Positions 49,482 to 59,004 of a DNA stretch of 62,372 bases are shown here, piece by piece (position 1 is the first letter of the stretch; each line of letters begins with the position of its first letter). The notes below the pieces were generated by a model. That model saw only the letters and a program-made list of their open reading frames with translations, searched no databases and was not told where the DNA came from. The stretch comes from Ilumatobacteraceae bacterium (GTDB taxonomy: Bacteria > Actinomycetota > Acidimicrobiia > Acidimicrobiales > Ilumatobacteraceae): NCBI GenBank assembly GCA_039932495.1, contig JBDTPW010000002.1, forward strand, positions 1 through 62,372, read 5' to 3'. A program made the translations under genes and the position numbers.

Positions 49482-50726
49482 ATGACCGACACAGCCCAAC
49501 GCCCACACGATCCAGTTGTGAGAGAAGTTGACAATTGGCAAATTGACTTCGATCACGCCCATCCGTCATATAACGAGAACATCTACGAGATCTGGGACGA
49601 TCTGCGCGAGACGTGTCCGGTTGCCCACTCAGACCGTTACGGGGGTGTGTGGTTGCCCGTGCGCCACGCCGATATCTCTGCGATCGCCTACGACACCGAG
49701 CACTTTTCGTCGGAAGTCGTTGTCGTTTCCAATGCACCTCGCAACGACAATGTCGAATCGCAGGCACCCGTCGGTGGCGCCCCGCCGATCACTTCAGACC
49801 CACCCTTTCACCACGATGCTCGTCGTGTATTGCTACCAGCGTTCAGCCCAAAGGTCATCGATCGATGGGAGCCAGAGATACGCAGATTGTGCCGCGAACT
49901 TCTCGACAAAATCGGTGACGCGCCAACATTTGACGCCGCGGTCGAGTACGCCCAGCACATTCCGGTCAATGTCATTGCGCGGATGATCGGATTGCCTCTT
50001 GAAGACAGCGACTATTTCCGAGAGACGGTGCACCTCGTCCTAGAGGCTGTGGGCGCAGAGTTCGGCGCACGTAAGGATGGCTTTCAGAAACTTGACGCAT
50101 ATCTCTCGGAACATGTGCAGGATCACATCGACAATCCGAAGGATGATCTCATCGGATTTTTGCTTAATGCCAAAATTTATAATCGGCCGCTCAGTCCATC
50201 GCACGTCACCGGCACGATCGTTTTGCTGCTCGTCGCCGGCATTGACACAACATGGAGCGCAATAGGGTCGGCGCTATGGCATCTTGCCGGCCACGCAGAG
50301 GACCGTCATCGTTTGGTTGCCGATCCATCGCTCATGCCGACGGCAATCGAAGAGTTTCTTCGTGCCTACGCGCCCGTAACGATGGCTCGCATGGTGATCA
50401 AGGACACCGAAATTAATGGGTGTCCCGTCAAACGCCTCGATGCGGTGCTCTTGCCGTTTCCCGCGGCCAATCGTGATCCAGAGGTTTTTGAAGACGCAGA
50501 CGAGGTGCATATTGATCGACAGGAAAATCGCCACGCTGCATTCGGCCTGGGTATCCATCGGTGCCTTGGTTCAAATCTGGCCCGTCTCGAGTTGCGTGTC
50601 GCGGTCGAAGAATTTCTCGCTCGGTTTCCGGATTTCGAACTTGCAGATGCGGATGCAGTGACGTGGAGTCTTGGTCAGGTTCGTGGACCGCGAAAGTTAC
50701 CCGTGCGCATCGTGCAGCGCGGCTAG
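49482..50726 (+). CDS. Cytochrome P450 monooxygenase
   Basis: The I-helix LLLVAGIDTT, ExxR (EEFLR) and the heme loop FGLGIHRCLGSNLA. Confidence 0.95.
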   Translation: MTDTAQRPHDPVVREVDNWQIDFDHAHPSYNENIYEIWDDLRETCPVAHSDRYGGVWLPVRHADISAIAYDTEHFSSEVVVVSNAPRNDNVESQAPVGGAPPITSDPPFHHDARRVLLPAFSPKVIDRWEPEIRRLCRELLDKIGDAPTFDAAVEYAQHIPVNVIARMIGLPLEDSDYFRETVHLVLEAVGAEFGARKDGFQKLDAYLSEHVQDHIDNPKDDLIGFLLNAKIYNRPLSPSHVTGTIVLLLVAGIDTTWSAIGSALWHLAGHAEDRHRLVADPSLMPTAIEEFLRAYAPVTMARMVIKDTEINGCPVKRLDAVLLPFPAANRDPEVFEDADEVHIDRQENRHAAFGLGIHRCLGSNLARLELRVAVEEFLARFPDFELADADAVTWSLGQVRGPRKLPVRIVQRG

Positions 50727-50729
50727 TTC

Positions 50730-52973
50730 GTGTCACAAAGCCCGACGAAACAACCTTTCGACCTGTCGGGGCTTAACCCCGACCAACAAGATGCGGTAAT
50801 CCATCCGGGAGGACCGTTACTGATCGTTGCCGGAGCAGGTTCCGGAAAAACGCGCGTGCTCACACAGCGCATCGCCTATCTCATTTCCCAAGGCACGCAC
50901 CCAATGCACATCTTGGCGATTACATTCACCAACAAGGCGGCCAAAGAAATGCGCGATCGCGTGGCGGCACTAGTCGGCCCGGTCGCAAATCAAATGTGGG
51001 TGAGCACATTTCACTCTGCATGCGTGCGAATACTTCGTGCTCAGGCCGATCACATTGGCTATCCAAAATCGTTTTCGATTTACGACTCTTCCGATTCACA
51101 ACGCTTGATCAGCTATGTCATCCGCGACACGAGACTCGACGCCAAACGGTTTCCTCCCCGCGGGGTGCAGGCACGTATCAGTCTGTGGAAGAACGAATTG
51201 GTGACACCTAGTGACGCTGCGATTTCCCCTGACAGCATCTTTGAGGAAAAGTATGCCGAAATCTATCGCGAGTATCAGAAGCGCCTCGAACATGCCGGGG
51301 CAATGGATTTTGACGACCTATTGGTGAACACTGTTCGGTTGTTTCGTTTCAATCCAGATGTGTTGAAGTCGTATCAGGAGCGATTTGAGCACATTCTGAT
51401 CGACGAGTATCAGGACACGAACATGGCCCAGAACAAGATTGTGTTGATGTTGGGCGCGTTGCATCACAACGTTTGCGTCGTGGGCGATACGGATCAATCG
51501 GTGTATCGATTTCGCGGCGCCGATTATCGCAACATCATGCAGTTCGAGCACGCCTTCCCGGAAGTAACGACCGTGATTCTGGCCCAGAATTACCGAAGCA
51601 CTCAGACGATCCTCGATGCGGCCAACGCCGTCATCACGAACAACATTGAACGAAAACCGAAGGATCTGTGGACGGACAAGGACGGCGGAAAGAAGATTGT
51701 TAGATACTTCGCCAACGATGAATTCGATGAGTCGCAGTGGGTGATTTCACGCCTAAAAAAGTTTCACGACAATGACAACCTTGCGTGGAGCGATCTTGCC
51801 GTGTTCTATCGGACCAACGCCCAAAGCAGAGTTCTCGAGGAGTCTCTCGTCTACGCCGGGATGCCGTACAAAATCATCGCCGGTACGAAGTTTTATGATC
51901 GTCGCGAGGTAAAGGACGCGCTGGCCTACCTGAGGTGCGCCGCCAATCCAAATGATGAGATCAATCTCAAGCGAATAATCAACGTGCCAAAGCGAGGCAT
52001 TGGCGAAAGCACGTTGGCCAAACTGGATGCGTATGCCACCGACAACGGCGTAAGTTTTTCGATCTCCATGCGTCGACCTATCGAGGCAGGAGTTGGTAGC
52101 CGGGCGGCCCGCGGCCTTGGCAATTTTGTCAACCTCATCGATGACTTGTCGGCTCGCCTCGAACAAGGGCCAGGCCCGGTGTTGCAATATGCCCTTGAGC
52201 AGAGCGGGTACACAAAGGAACTAGAGGCAGAGGACTCGATCGAATCCGCCGGCCGGTTAGAAAACATCTCCGAACTGATCGGCGTGGCCAAGGAATTCAC
52301 CCATGTCGATGAATTTCTCGAACGAATTGCGCTCGTGTCGGATACCGATCAACTTGACTCAGAAAACCATGTCACCCTGATGACGATGCATGCGGCCAAG
52401 GGGCTCGAGTTTCCCGTTGTGTTCATCGTCGGGATGGAAGAAGGTATCTTTCCCCACAACCGTGCGCTCAATGACATGACCGAACTGGAAGAGGAGCGCC
52501 GACTTGCCTATGTGGGAATCACAAGGGCAAAAGAGCAGCTGATGGTCAGCCATGCATGGAGCCGAAACCTGTACGGCAGTTCCCAGTACAACCCGCCATC
52601 GCGATTTCTCGACGAGATTCCGCAAGACCTTGTCGAACGCGAGGGAAGCGTCGACTCGGGAGTCGATTCAAGCAGGGCAAGTTTTCGCCCTCGGGCAGAA
52701 CGCCCGTCAGCGCAGCGAACGAGTTCTGAATTTATTGACAGAGCGGTGGACGCTGCATTGAGTGCCGGTCGCTCAGGTCCTCATGGCGTTGCCCAACCAA
52801 GCGAGCACGGTTTCCGAGTGGGAGACGATGTCATCCACCCTACGTTTGGCGAGGGAATAATCATCGACATCCGTGGCCAAAATGAAAAGGCCGAGGCCTC
52901 AATACGTTTTGGCGAGGTGGGTACGAAACATCTCTCGCTGTCGTGGGCGCCGTTGAAGAAGGTCCAGCGCTAG
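50730..52973 (+). CDS. pcrA: ATP-dependent DNA helicase PcrA/UvrD
   Basis: GTG start. AGAGSGKT, DEYQDTN, GD.DQS.Y.FRGA, TMHAAKGLEF and VGITRA. Confidence 0.93.
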   Translation: MSQSPTKQPFDLSGLNPDQQDAVIHPGGPLLIVAGAGSGKTRVLTQRIAYLISQGTHPMHILAITFTNKAAKEMRDRVAALVGPVANQMWVSTFHSACVRILRAQADHIGYPKSFSIYDSSDSQRLISYVIRDTRLDAKRFPPRGVQARISLWKNELVTPSDAAISPDSIFEEKYAEIYREYQKRLEHAGAMDFDDLLVNTVRLFRFNPDVLKSYQERFEHILIDEYQDTNMAQNKIVLMLGALHHNVCVVGDTDQSVYRFRGADYRNIMQFEHAFPEVTTVILAQNYRSTQTILDAANAVITNNIERKPKDLWTDKDGGKKIVRYFANDEFDESQWVISRLKKFHDNDNLAWSDLAVFYRTNAQSRVLEESLVYAGMPYKIIAGTKFYDRREVKDALAYLRCAANPNDEINLKRIINVPKRGIGESTLAKLDAYATDNGVSFSISMRRPIEAGVGSRAARGLGNFVNLIDDLSARLEQGPGPVLQYALEQSGYTKELEAEDSIESAGRLENISELIGVAKEFTHVDEFLERIALVSDTDQLDSENHVTLMTMHAAKGLEFPVVFIVGMEEGIFPHNRALNDMTELEEERRLAYVGITRAKEQLMVSHAWSRNLYGSSQYNPPSRFLDEIPQDLVEREGSVDSGVDSSRASFRPRAERPSAQRTSSEFIDRAVDAALSAGRSGPHGVAQPSEHGFRVGDDVIHPTFGEGIIIDIRGQNEKAEASIRFGEVGTKHLSLSWAPLKKVQR

Positions 52974-52987
52974 ATAATTCTTCGGTT

Positions 52988-53521
52988 TTATGGTGACGAA
53001 GTGGTTGTTGAAGTTCCGCGCAGATCAATGAGTAGCGTCGTTCCGTTTTCGACGATTGGTCGAACATCGGTCGGGGGTTGCAATTGATCGGCATTCACCG
53101 TGCGACCGTCGCAATCGACGAAGGTGTGGGTGTGTTTAATTTGCTTGACGAGACAGGTTGGGTCCTTATCCGCCGGATACGCGAAATACACCTGCCAACC
53201 CTTGGCCGGCTCATCACCAAAGTGTTCAATGACAATCGATCTGCTGCCATTTGAATCTCGTAAGTCTGGGTACATCACTGGTCCGTTTTCGGCAATCGAC
53301 TTGGCGATATCGACGACGGGACCGACGACGAACGTGCCGGCGCCGGATTCAGTTTTCACCTCACGGTGATTCGTGATGTAGACGGCCATGAACCATGTCA
53401 TTCCGAACAGTGCGGCAAAGAAAGCAATTCCTCCAATGATCGGGAGGATCGCGCGTCGAAAAGGAGAACGCAAGTTGGGGTTCACCACGTAAGTGTGGCG
53501 CAGATCGCTGCAAATATCCAT
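52988..53521 (-). CDS. Membrane-anchored protein of unknown function
   Basis: There is one TM helix (ILPIIGGIAFFAALFGMTWFMAVYI) followed by a ~130-aa extracytoplasmic domain with 2 Cys. I chose the ATG at 53521; the track ORF starts at a TTG at 53566. I recognised no motif. Confidence 0.55.
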   Translation of the reverse strand: MDICSDLRHTYVVNPNLRSPFRRAILPIIGGIAFFAALFGMTWFMAVYITNHREVKTESGAGTFVVGPVVDIAKSIAENGPVMYPDLRDSNGSRSIVIEHFGDEPAKGWQVYFAYPADKDPTCLVKQIKHTHTFVDCDGRTVNADQLQPPTDVRPIVENGTTLLIDLRGTSTTTSSP

Positions 53522-53587
53522 GCGCTGAATACATGCATAAGGTCGGGTTGGTACGGGCGCTACCAAAGGGCGTAAGGTCTAATACTC

Positions 53588-53989
53588 GTGAATCGTACGT
53601 ATCGTGTTGTCGTCGCCAAACCAGGTTTGGATGGTCACGATCGGGGTGCCAAAACCATCACGCGAGCCTTGCGCGATCACGGTTTCGAGGTCATCTATAC
53701 AGGTTTGCATCAGACACCTGAACAGATAGCCGAGACTTCGCTGCAGGAAGATGTCGACGCGGTCGGGCTTTCGCTTTTGTCGGGAGCACATCTCACCCTA
53801 TTTAAGAGAGTGATGGACGAACTTCGAGCGAGGGACATGGCCGACGTACTTATCTTTGGTGGCGGCGTGATACCGGACGCCGACGCACGAGAATTGCGCT
53901 CTCAGGGTGTCGCTGAAATTTTTGGTCCGGGTACGCCGTTGCAAGACATCGCGACTTGGCTCGAAGCAACTCTGGATAAACGAAAGTAG
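53588..53989 (+). CDS. Stand-alone cobalamin (B12)-binding domain protein of the methylmalonyl-CoA-mutase C-terminal type
   Basis: GTG start. [33 protein letters not shown] carries the DxHxxG B12 motif, and GLSLLSGAH is also present. 133 aa. Confidence 0.88.
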   Translation: MNRTYRVVVAKPGLDGHDRGAKTITRALRDHGFEVIYTGLHQTPEQIAETSLQEDVDAVGLSLLSGAHLTLFKRVMDELRARDMADVLIFGGGVIPDADARELRSQGVAEIFGPGTPLQDIATWLEATLDKRK

Positions 53990-53993
53990 AACA

Positions 53994-55139
53994 ATGGATC
54001 TCGATGAATATCAGGGCAAGCAATATTTTGCTCGCTACAACATTCCGGTTTCGGCGGGCGGAATCGCGACAACGGTTGACGAAGCTGTCAAAGCGGCCAA
54101 CAATGCGCAATACCCGGTCGTAGTCAAGGCCCAAGTACAGGTTGGAGGTCGTGGCAAAGCAGGCGGCATCAAGTTGGCTCACAATGAAGACGAGGTTCGG
54201 CTTCACGCCGCAAATATTTTGGGCATGGATATAAAGGGTCACATTGTCAAACGGGTGTGGGTTGAACACGCCTCGGACATTGCAGACGAGTATTACGCGT
54301 CATTCACGCTCGATCGCGCCGCAAAACAGCATCTACTCATGATCTCGGCCCAGGGCGGCGTCGATATCGAAGAGGTCGCCGCGCACGACCCAGCCGCAAT
54401 CGTCAAGTTGCATATCAATCCGATCGTCGGACTAAGCGTCGAAAGTGCAAGGCGAGCGGCGATCGATGCAAAGATTCCGGACCGGGCGCTCGACGGCGTT
54501 GCCGATATTTTGGTCAAACTGTACGAGTGCTTTACAAAAGGCGACTGCGATCTCGCCGAAATTAATCCGCTCATATTGAAACCAAATGGCGAGGTCCACG
54601 CGCTCGATGCAAAGGTCAGCCTCGATGGAAACGCGGCCTTTCGCCATCCGGAGTGGGAGGAATTCAGCGCAACCGAGGAACTTGATCCGCGAGAGAAACT
54701 TGCTCGCGAAAAGCACCTTCAGTACATCGGCCTTGACGGCACGGTCGGAATTATCGCCAATGGCGCAGGGCTAGCGATGAGCACTCTCGATGTGGTCAAT
54801 CAGGCGGGCGGTACGGCGGCAAATTTTCTAGACATTGGCGGTGGGGCGAATGCCGAACTTATGACCGCCGCTCTCGAAGTGATCAATTCGGACACCAAGG
54901 TTCGGAGCATCCTGATCAATATTTTTGGCGGAATCACTCGGGGAGACGAGGTAGCCAAAGGAATAGTCGCGGCTATGGCAAGAGTGCAACTTCGGGCGCC
55001 AATTGTCATTCGCCTGGATGGCACCAACGCAAAAGAAGGTCATCAGATCCTTGTTGACGCCGGAATCCCAGCGTCCCAACTGTCGACTCGTCCTACCATG
55101 CTTGACGCGGCGCGTGCCGCCGTCGAGCTGGCCAAGTAG
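53994..55139 (+). CDS. sucC: Succinate--CoA ligase subunit beta
   Basis: The ATG at 53994 gives MDLDEYQGKQYFARYNIPV...VVKAQVQVGGRGKAGG...ANFLDIGGGA. The track ORF from 53907 overlaps the upstream gene. Confidence 0.95.
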   Translation: MDLDEYQGKQYFARYNIPVSAGGIATTVDEAVKAANNAQYPVVVKAQVQVGGRGKAGGIKLAHNEDEVRLHAANILGMDIKGHIVKRVWVEHASDIADEYYASFTLDRAAKQHLLMISAQGGVDIEEVAAHDPAAIVKLHINPIVGLSVESARRAAIDAKIPDRALDGVADILVKLYECFTKGDCDLAEINPLILKPNGEVHALDAKVSLDGNAAFRHPEWEEFSATEELDPREKLAREKHLQYIGLDGTVGIIANGAGLAMSTLDVVNQAGGTAANFLDIGGGANAELMTAALEVINSDTKVRSILINIFGGITRGDEVAKGIVAAMARVQLRAPIVIRLDGTNAKEGHQILVDAGIPASQLSTRPTMLDAARAAVELAK

Positions 55140-55151
55140 AGGTCGCTGATC

Positions 55152-56051
55152 ATGGCAATCTTCGTCGATCAACACACCAAGGTGATCGTCCAGGGACTAA
55201 CCGGAGGACAGGGACGATTTCATGGACTGCGAAACCGTGACTACGGCACACAAATAGTTGGCGGAGTCACTCCCGGCAAGGCGGGTCAAGATGTCGACGG
55301 CATTCCAGTGTTTGACACGGTCGCCTCTGCTGTCTCAGCCACAGGCGCAAGTGCATCGTTCATCGCCGTGCCACCGAAAGCCGTGCCGGCAGCAATTCTC
55401 GAGGCCGCAAGGGCGGGTATCAATTTTGTCGTATGCATAACCGAAGGTGTTCCGGCGCAAGATGAGGCCCGCATTTTTGCCACGCTGCAGCGCGACTATC
55501 CGATGACGCGATTGCTTGGACCAAATTGTCCAGGAATTATCAGTCCAGGTAAGTGCAACATCGGAATCACGGCGGGAGAAATTGCACTACTCCCATCTGA
55601 CACTGGCCCAAATGTCGGCATCGTCTCGCGATCCGGAACGCTGACATATCAGGCGCTGTACGAACTAAAGCAGCAGGGGATCGGCGTTAGCACCTGCGTC
55701 GGAATTGGTGGCGATCCCGTACCGGGGACTTCATTTGTCGATTGCTTGGCACAGTTTCAAGTCGATCCCGAAACACACGCGATCATGATGATCGGTGAAA
55801 TCGGTGGATCGGCAGAAGAAGAGGCCGCAGATTTCATTAGTTCGCACATCACCAAACCGATGAGCGCGTACATCGCAGGAGTGACCGCACCAGAGGGCAA
55901 AAAAATGGGACACGCCGGAGCGATCGTCTCTGGAGGCAAAGGAACTGCGCGCGGCAAAATGGATGCGCTGAGACTCGCCGGAGTACAAATCGGACTAAAC
56001 CCAACTGAAGCAGGCGCGCTTATGGGACGCATCGTGAAGTCAATTCGCTAG
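55152..56051 (+). CDS. sucD: Succinate--CoA ligase subunit alpha
   Basis: VIVQGLTGGQG.FH...SRSGTLTYQ...and the phosphohistidine loop GHAGAIVSGG. Confidence 0.96.
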   Translation: MAIFVDQHTKVIVQGLTGGQGRFHGLRNRDYGTQIVGGVTPGKAGQDVDGIPVFDTVASAVSATGASASFIAVPPKAVPAAILEAARAGINFVVCITEGVPAQDEARIFATLQRDYPMTRLLGPNCPGIISPGKCNIGITAGEIALLPSDTGPNVGIVSRSGTLTYQALYELKQQGIGVSTCVGIGGDPVPGTSFVDCLAQFQVDPETHAIMMIGEIGGSAEEEAADFISSHITKPMSAYIAGVTAPEGKKMGHAGAIVSGGKGTARGKMDALRLAGVQIGLNPTEAGALMGRIVKSIR

Positions 56052-56083
56052 CACCACTGACTACCCTTAGTCGTGGCTTTTCA

Positions 56084-58000
56084 ATGAGACAACCTGGTTC
56101 GCTTCCCTATTTACCGAGTCTGGACGGTCTACGTGCCGTCGCAGTCATTTCGGTCATCATTTACCACGCCAATAAGGCTTGGCTCGGCGGAGGTTTTCTA
56201 GGCGTCGAAGTCTTTTTCGTCATCAGCGGCTATCTGATCACCACATTGCTCGTCACCGAACGGGCGACCACCGGCCGAGTGAGCCTCAAAGCCTTCTGGT
56301 TACGCCGTGCGAGAAGGCTTTTGCCCGCGCTGTGGACGCTTTTGCTTGCCGTCACGATCTATTGCGCCCTGTTTGAACGTGACGCGCTTGGCGCATTGCG
56401 TGGAGACGTCATCGGTTCGCTTGTGTACGGATTCAACTGGTTTCAGATCTGGTTTGGTTCGTCATACTTCAGCGCCTTTGGCTTCGTTCCGCTGCGTCAC
56501 CTGTGGTCGCTGGCCGTTGAAGAACAGTTTTACTTTGTGTGGCCGCTTGTCATGTTGGTGCTACTCAAGGCGGGACGCCGCTACCTACATTCGATTGGTC
56601 TCTTGTTTTTCCTCGGGGCGGTGGCGATCAGTATTTATGTAGCGGCGGTGTACCAACCGGGAGCAGCCGGGACGCTGCAAGAAACGCCCAAGCAGTATCT
56701 ATCTCTCGTCGGCCATCCGGTCTTACGCCTTGATTATTTATTCTTGGGAACCCTTAGTCGTGCCGGTGGGTTATTGATTGGTGCCGCTCTCGCCATGTTC
56801 TGGCGACCCTGGGAACGGATACGGCCGGGACGACCGAGTTTGCGACGCGGCGTTGATGTTGTAGGTCTCGGCGGGATTGTCGCACTCGGCGTGATGATGT
56901 GGAAGTTCCGCAATGTCATCGAAGGTTCGGCGGAAGGCGGCTCCCGCGGTTACGACCTGCTGTACCGCGGTGGTTTCCTGCTCGTCGGGCTTGGCAGCAT
57001 TGCCGTGATCACGGCGGCGGTGTATCCGGGTAGAAGCCTTACCCATTTCATCCTTGATTTTCGGGTATTTCGATGGATCGGTTTGCGGTCGTACGGTTTG
57101 TACTTGTACCACTGGCCGATTTTTCAGTTCTATCGACATTTTGCCGGCAAACCATTGAACGCAGGGGAGTTCGGTGGCTTGATGTTGGTAGCGCTAATCG
57201 TCACAGGATTGTCGTATCGCTATATCGAAATGCCGGTACGCACGGGAGCGCTCTCGGCGTGGTGGAACAACATGAGAAATCCACGGCTCGATTCCGAATA
57301 CCGACGACGCCGACGATTCTTTGCGCTTGGATCGTTATTTGCCTTGTTGCCAATGTTTGCCTTGGTCAGCATGGCCACCGCCGAGGTAAAACTTGACGAA
57401 ATCGCCCAAAGCCTCAAAGACAACGAAGATTTCGTTGTCGACGTGATGACGTCGACAACAGTGGCCGTCAGCACAACCACGCTGGCGCCGTTCGTGACGA
57501 CAATTCCAGCAGTCACAACCACTGTCCTAGACGGCCAAATTATCGATATTTTGGCCATCGGCGATTCGGTCATGCTCGGCGCGGCAGACATCCTTACCGT
57601 GCGGGGGATCGTCGTTGACGCACTGAAGAGTCGACCCTTTACTCAGGCATTGGAAATCGTCAACTACATGAAATCGGTGAATCGATTGGGCGAGGCCGTC
57701 ATCATTCACCTCGGCACGAACAATTACGTCAGCCAAGAAACTCTCGATTCGATCATGGTGCCGCTAGCCGATGTGCCAATCGTGTTGTTCCTGACAACGC
57801 ACGTGCCGGAAAAGCCTTGGCAAGATCCGAACAACAAACTGCTCAACGCGTTGCCGGAAGAATACGGGAACGTCAAGATTCTCGATTGGTACGCCGTCGC
57901 CGAGGCGCATCCGGAATACCTGTATCACGATGAAGTCCATCTCAACGAAGAAGGTCAACAGGTGTATTCCGATCTCATCTTGCAGGCGATCGGACGGTAA
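56084..58000 (+). CDS. Acyltransferase-3 family membrane protein fused to a C-terminal SGNH domain (OatA-like O-acetyltransferase)
   Basis: LDGLRAVAV..V..YH begins about 10 TM helices. The C-terminal SGNH blocks are AIGDSVMLG, HLGTNN and DEVHLNEEG. Confidence 0.85.
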   Translation: MRQPGSLPYLPSLDGLRAVAVISVIIYHANKAWLGGGFLGVEVFFVISGYLITTLLVTERATTGRVSLKAFWLRRARRLLPALWTLLLAVTIYCALFERDALGALRGDVIGSLVYGFNWFQIWFGSSYFSAFGFVPLRHLWSLAVEEQFYFVWPLVMLVLLKAGRRYLHSIGLLFFLGAVAISIYVAAVYQPGAAGTLQETPKQYLSLVGHPVLRLDYLFLGTLSRAGGLLIGAALAMFWRPWERIRPGRPSLRRGVDVVGLGGIVALGVMMWKFRNVIEGSAEGGSRGYDLLYRGGFLLVGLGSIAVITAAVYPGRSLTHFILDFRVFRWIGLRSYGLYLYHWPIFQFYRHFAGKPLNAGEFGGLMLVALIVTGLSYRYIEMPVRTGALSAWWNNMRNPRLDSEYRRRRRFFALGSLFALLPMFALVSMATAEVKLDEIAQSLKDNEDFVVDVMTSTTVAVSTTTLAPFVTTIPAVTTTVLDGQIIDILAIGDSVMLGAADILTVRGIVVDALKSRPFTQALEIVNYMKSVNRLGEAVIIHLGTNNYVSQETLDSIMVPLADVPIVLFLTTHVPEKPWQDPNNKLLNALPEEYGNVKILDWYAVAEAHPEYLYHDEVHLNEEGQQVYSDLILQAIGR

Positions 58001-58009
58001 GGTTTTTCC

Positions 58010-58996
58010 ATGGCTTCACCAGTGAGAGTCGCCGTCACTGGCGCGGCCGGGCAAATCGGATACAGTCTGCTGTTTCGTATCGCCTCTGGGGCGATGCTGG
58101 GGCCAGACACACGTGTCATCTTGCAGCTTCTAGAGATAACTCCGGCACTTGGAGCGCTCGGCGGAGTGAAAATGGAACTCGACGACTGTGCATTTGCGCC
58201 ACTCGCCGATGTCATTTTGACTGACGATCCGAATGTCGCCTTCGGCGATGCAGACATTGCCATGCTCGTCGGTGCTATGCCCCGCAAGGATGGCATGGAA
58301 CGCGCCGATCTGTTGGCGGCGAACGGTGGAATCTTCAAACCTCAAGGTCAAGCGATTAGTGCCAACGCCAAAAAAGATGTGAAGGTGCTCGTCGTTGGGA
58401 ATCCGGCCAACACCAATGCGCTTATTGCGATGAGCAACGCTAAAGACATTGACCCTCGACAATTCACCGCCATGACTCGTCTGGATCACAATCGCGCGAT
58501 ATCTCAACTCGCTGCGCACCTCGGCAAGCCGGTTTCGTCTGTCAAAAAAATGACAATTTGGGGAAATCACTCCACCACCCAATATCCCGATCTTTTCCAT
58601 TGCGAAGTCGACGGAAAAAATGCGGCAGCGCTTGTCGGCGATCAAAATTGGATAAACGAAACGTTTATCCCGACGGTTGCAAAGCGCGGGGCAACCGTGA
58701 TTAAGGCGCGAGGCTCGTCATCCGCCGGATCGGCGGCCAACGCGGCCATGGAACATGTTCGGTCATGGGTGCTTGGAACATCATCGGGAGACTGGGTCTC
58801 GATGGCGGTGCCATCCGATGGAAGTTATGGAGTTCCCGAAGGACTCATTTCTTCGTTTCCATGCACTTGTGTCAATGGCGCTTTCAGCATCGTCAAGGGA
58901 CTTGAAATTGACGAATACAGCAGGTCCAAGATCGATGCTTCGGTAAAGGAATTGGCAGAAGAGCGCGACGCTGTGCGCCAACTTGGTCTTATCTAG
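58010..58996 (+). CDS. mdh: Malate dehydrogenase
   Basis: [32 protein letters not shown] and WGNHS.TQYPD. Confidence 0.95.
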   Translation: MASPVRVAVTGAAGQIGYSLLFRIASGAMLGPDTRVILQLLEITPALGALGGVKMELDDCAFAPLADVILTDDPNVAFGDADIAMLVGAMPRKDGMERADLLAANGGIFKPQGQAISANAKKDVKVLVVGNPANTNALIAMSNAKDIDPRQFTAMTRLDHNRAISQLAAHLGKPVSSVKKMTIWGNHSTTQYPDLFHCEVDGKNAAALVGDQNWINETFIPTVAKRGATVIKARGSSSAGSAANAAMEHVRSWVLGTSSGDWVSMAVPSDGSYGVPEGLISSFPCTCVNGAFSIVKGLEIDEYSRSKIDASVKELAEERDAVRQLGLI

Positions 58997-59004
58997 TTAA
59001 TGAG

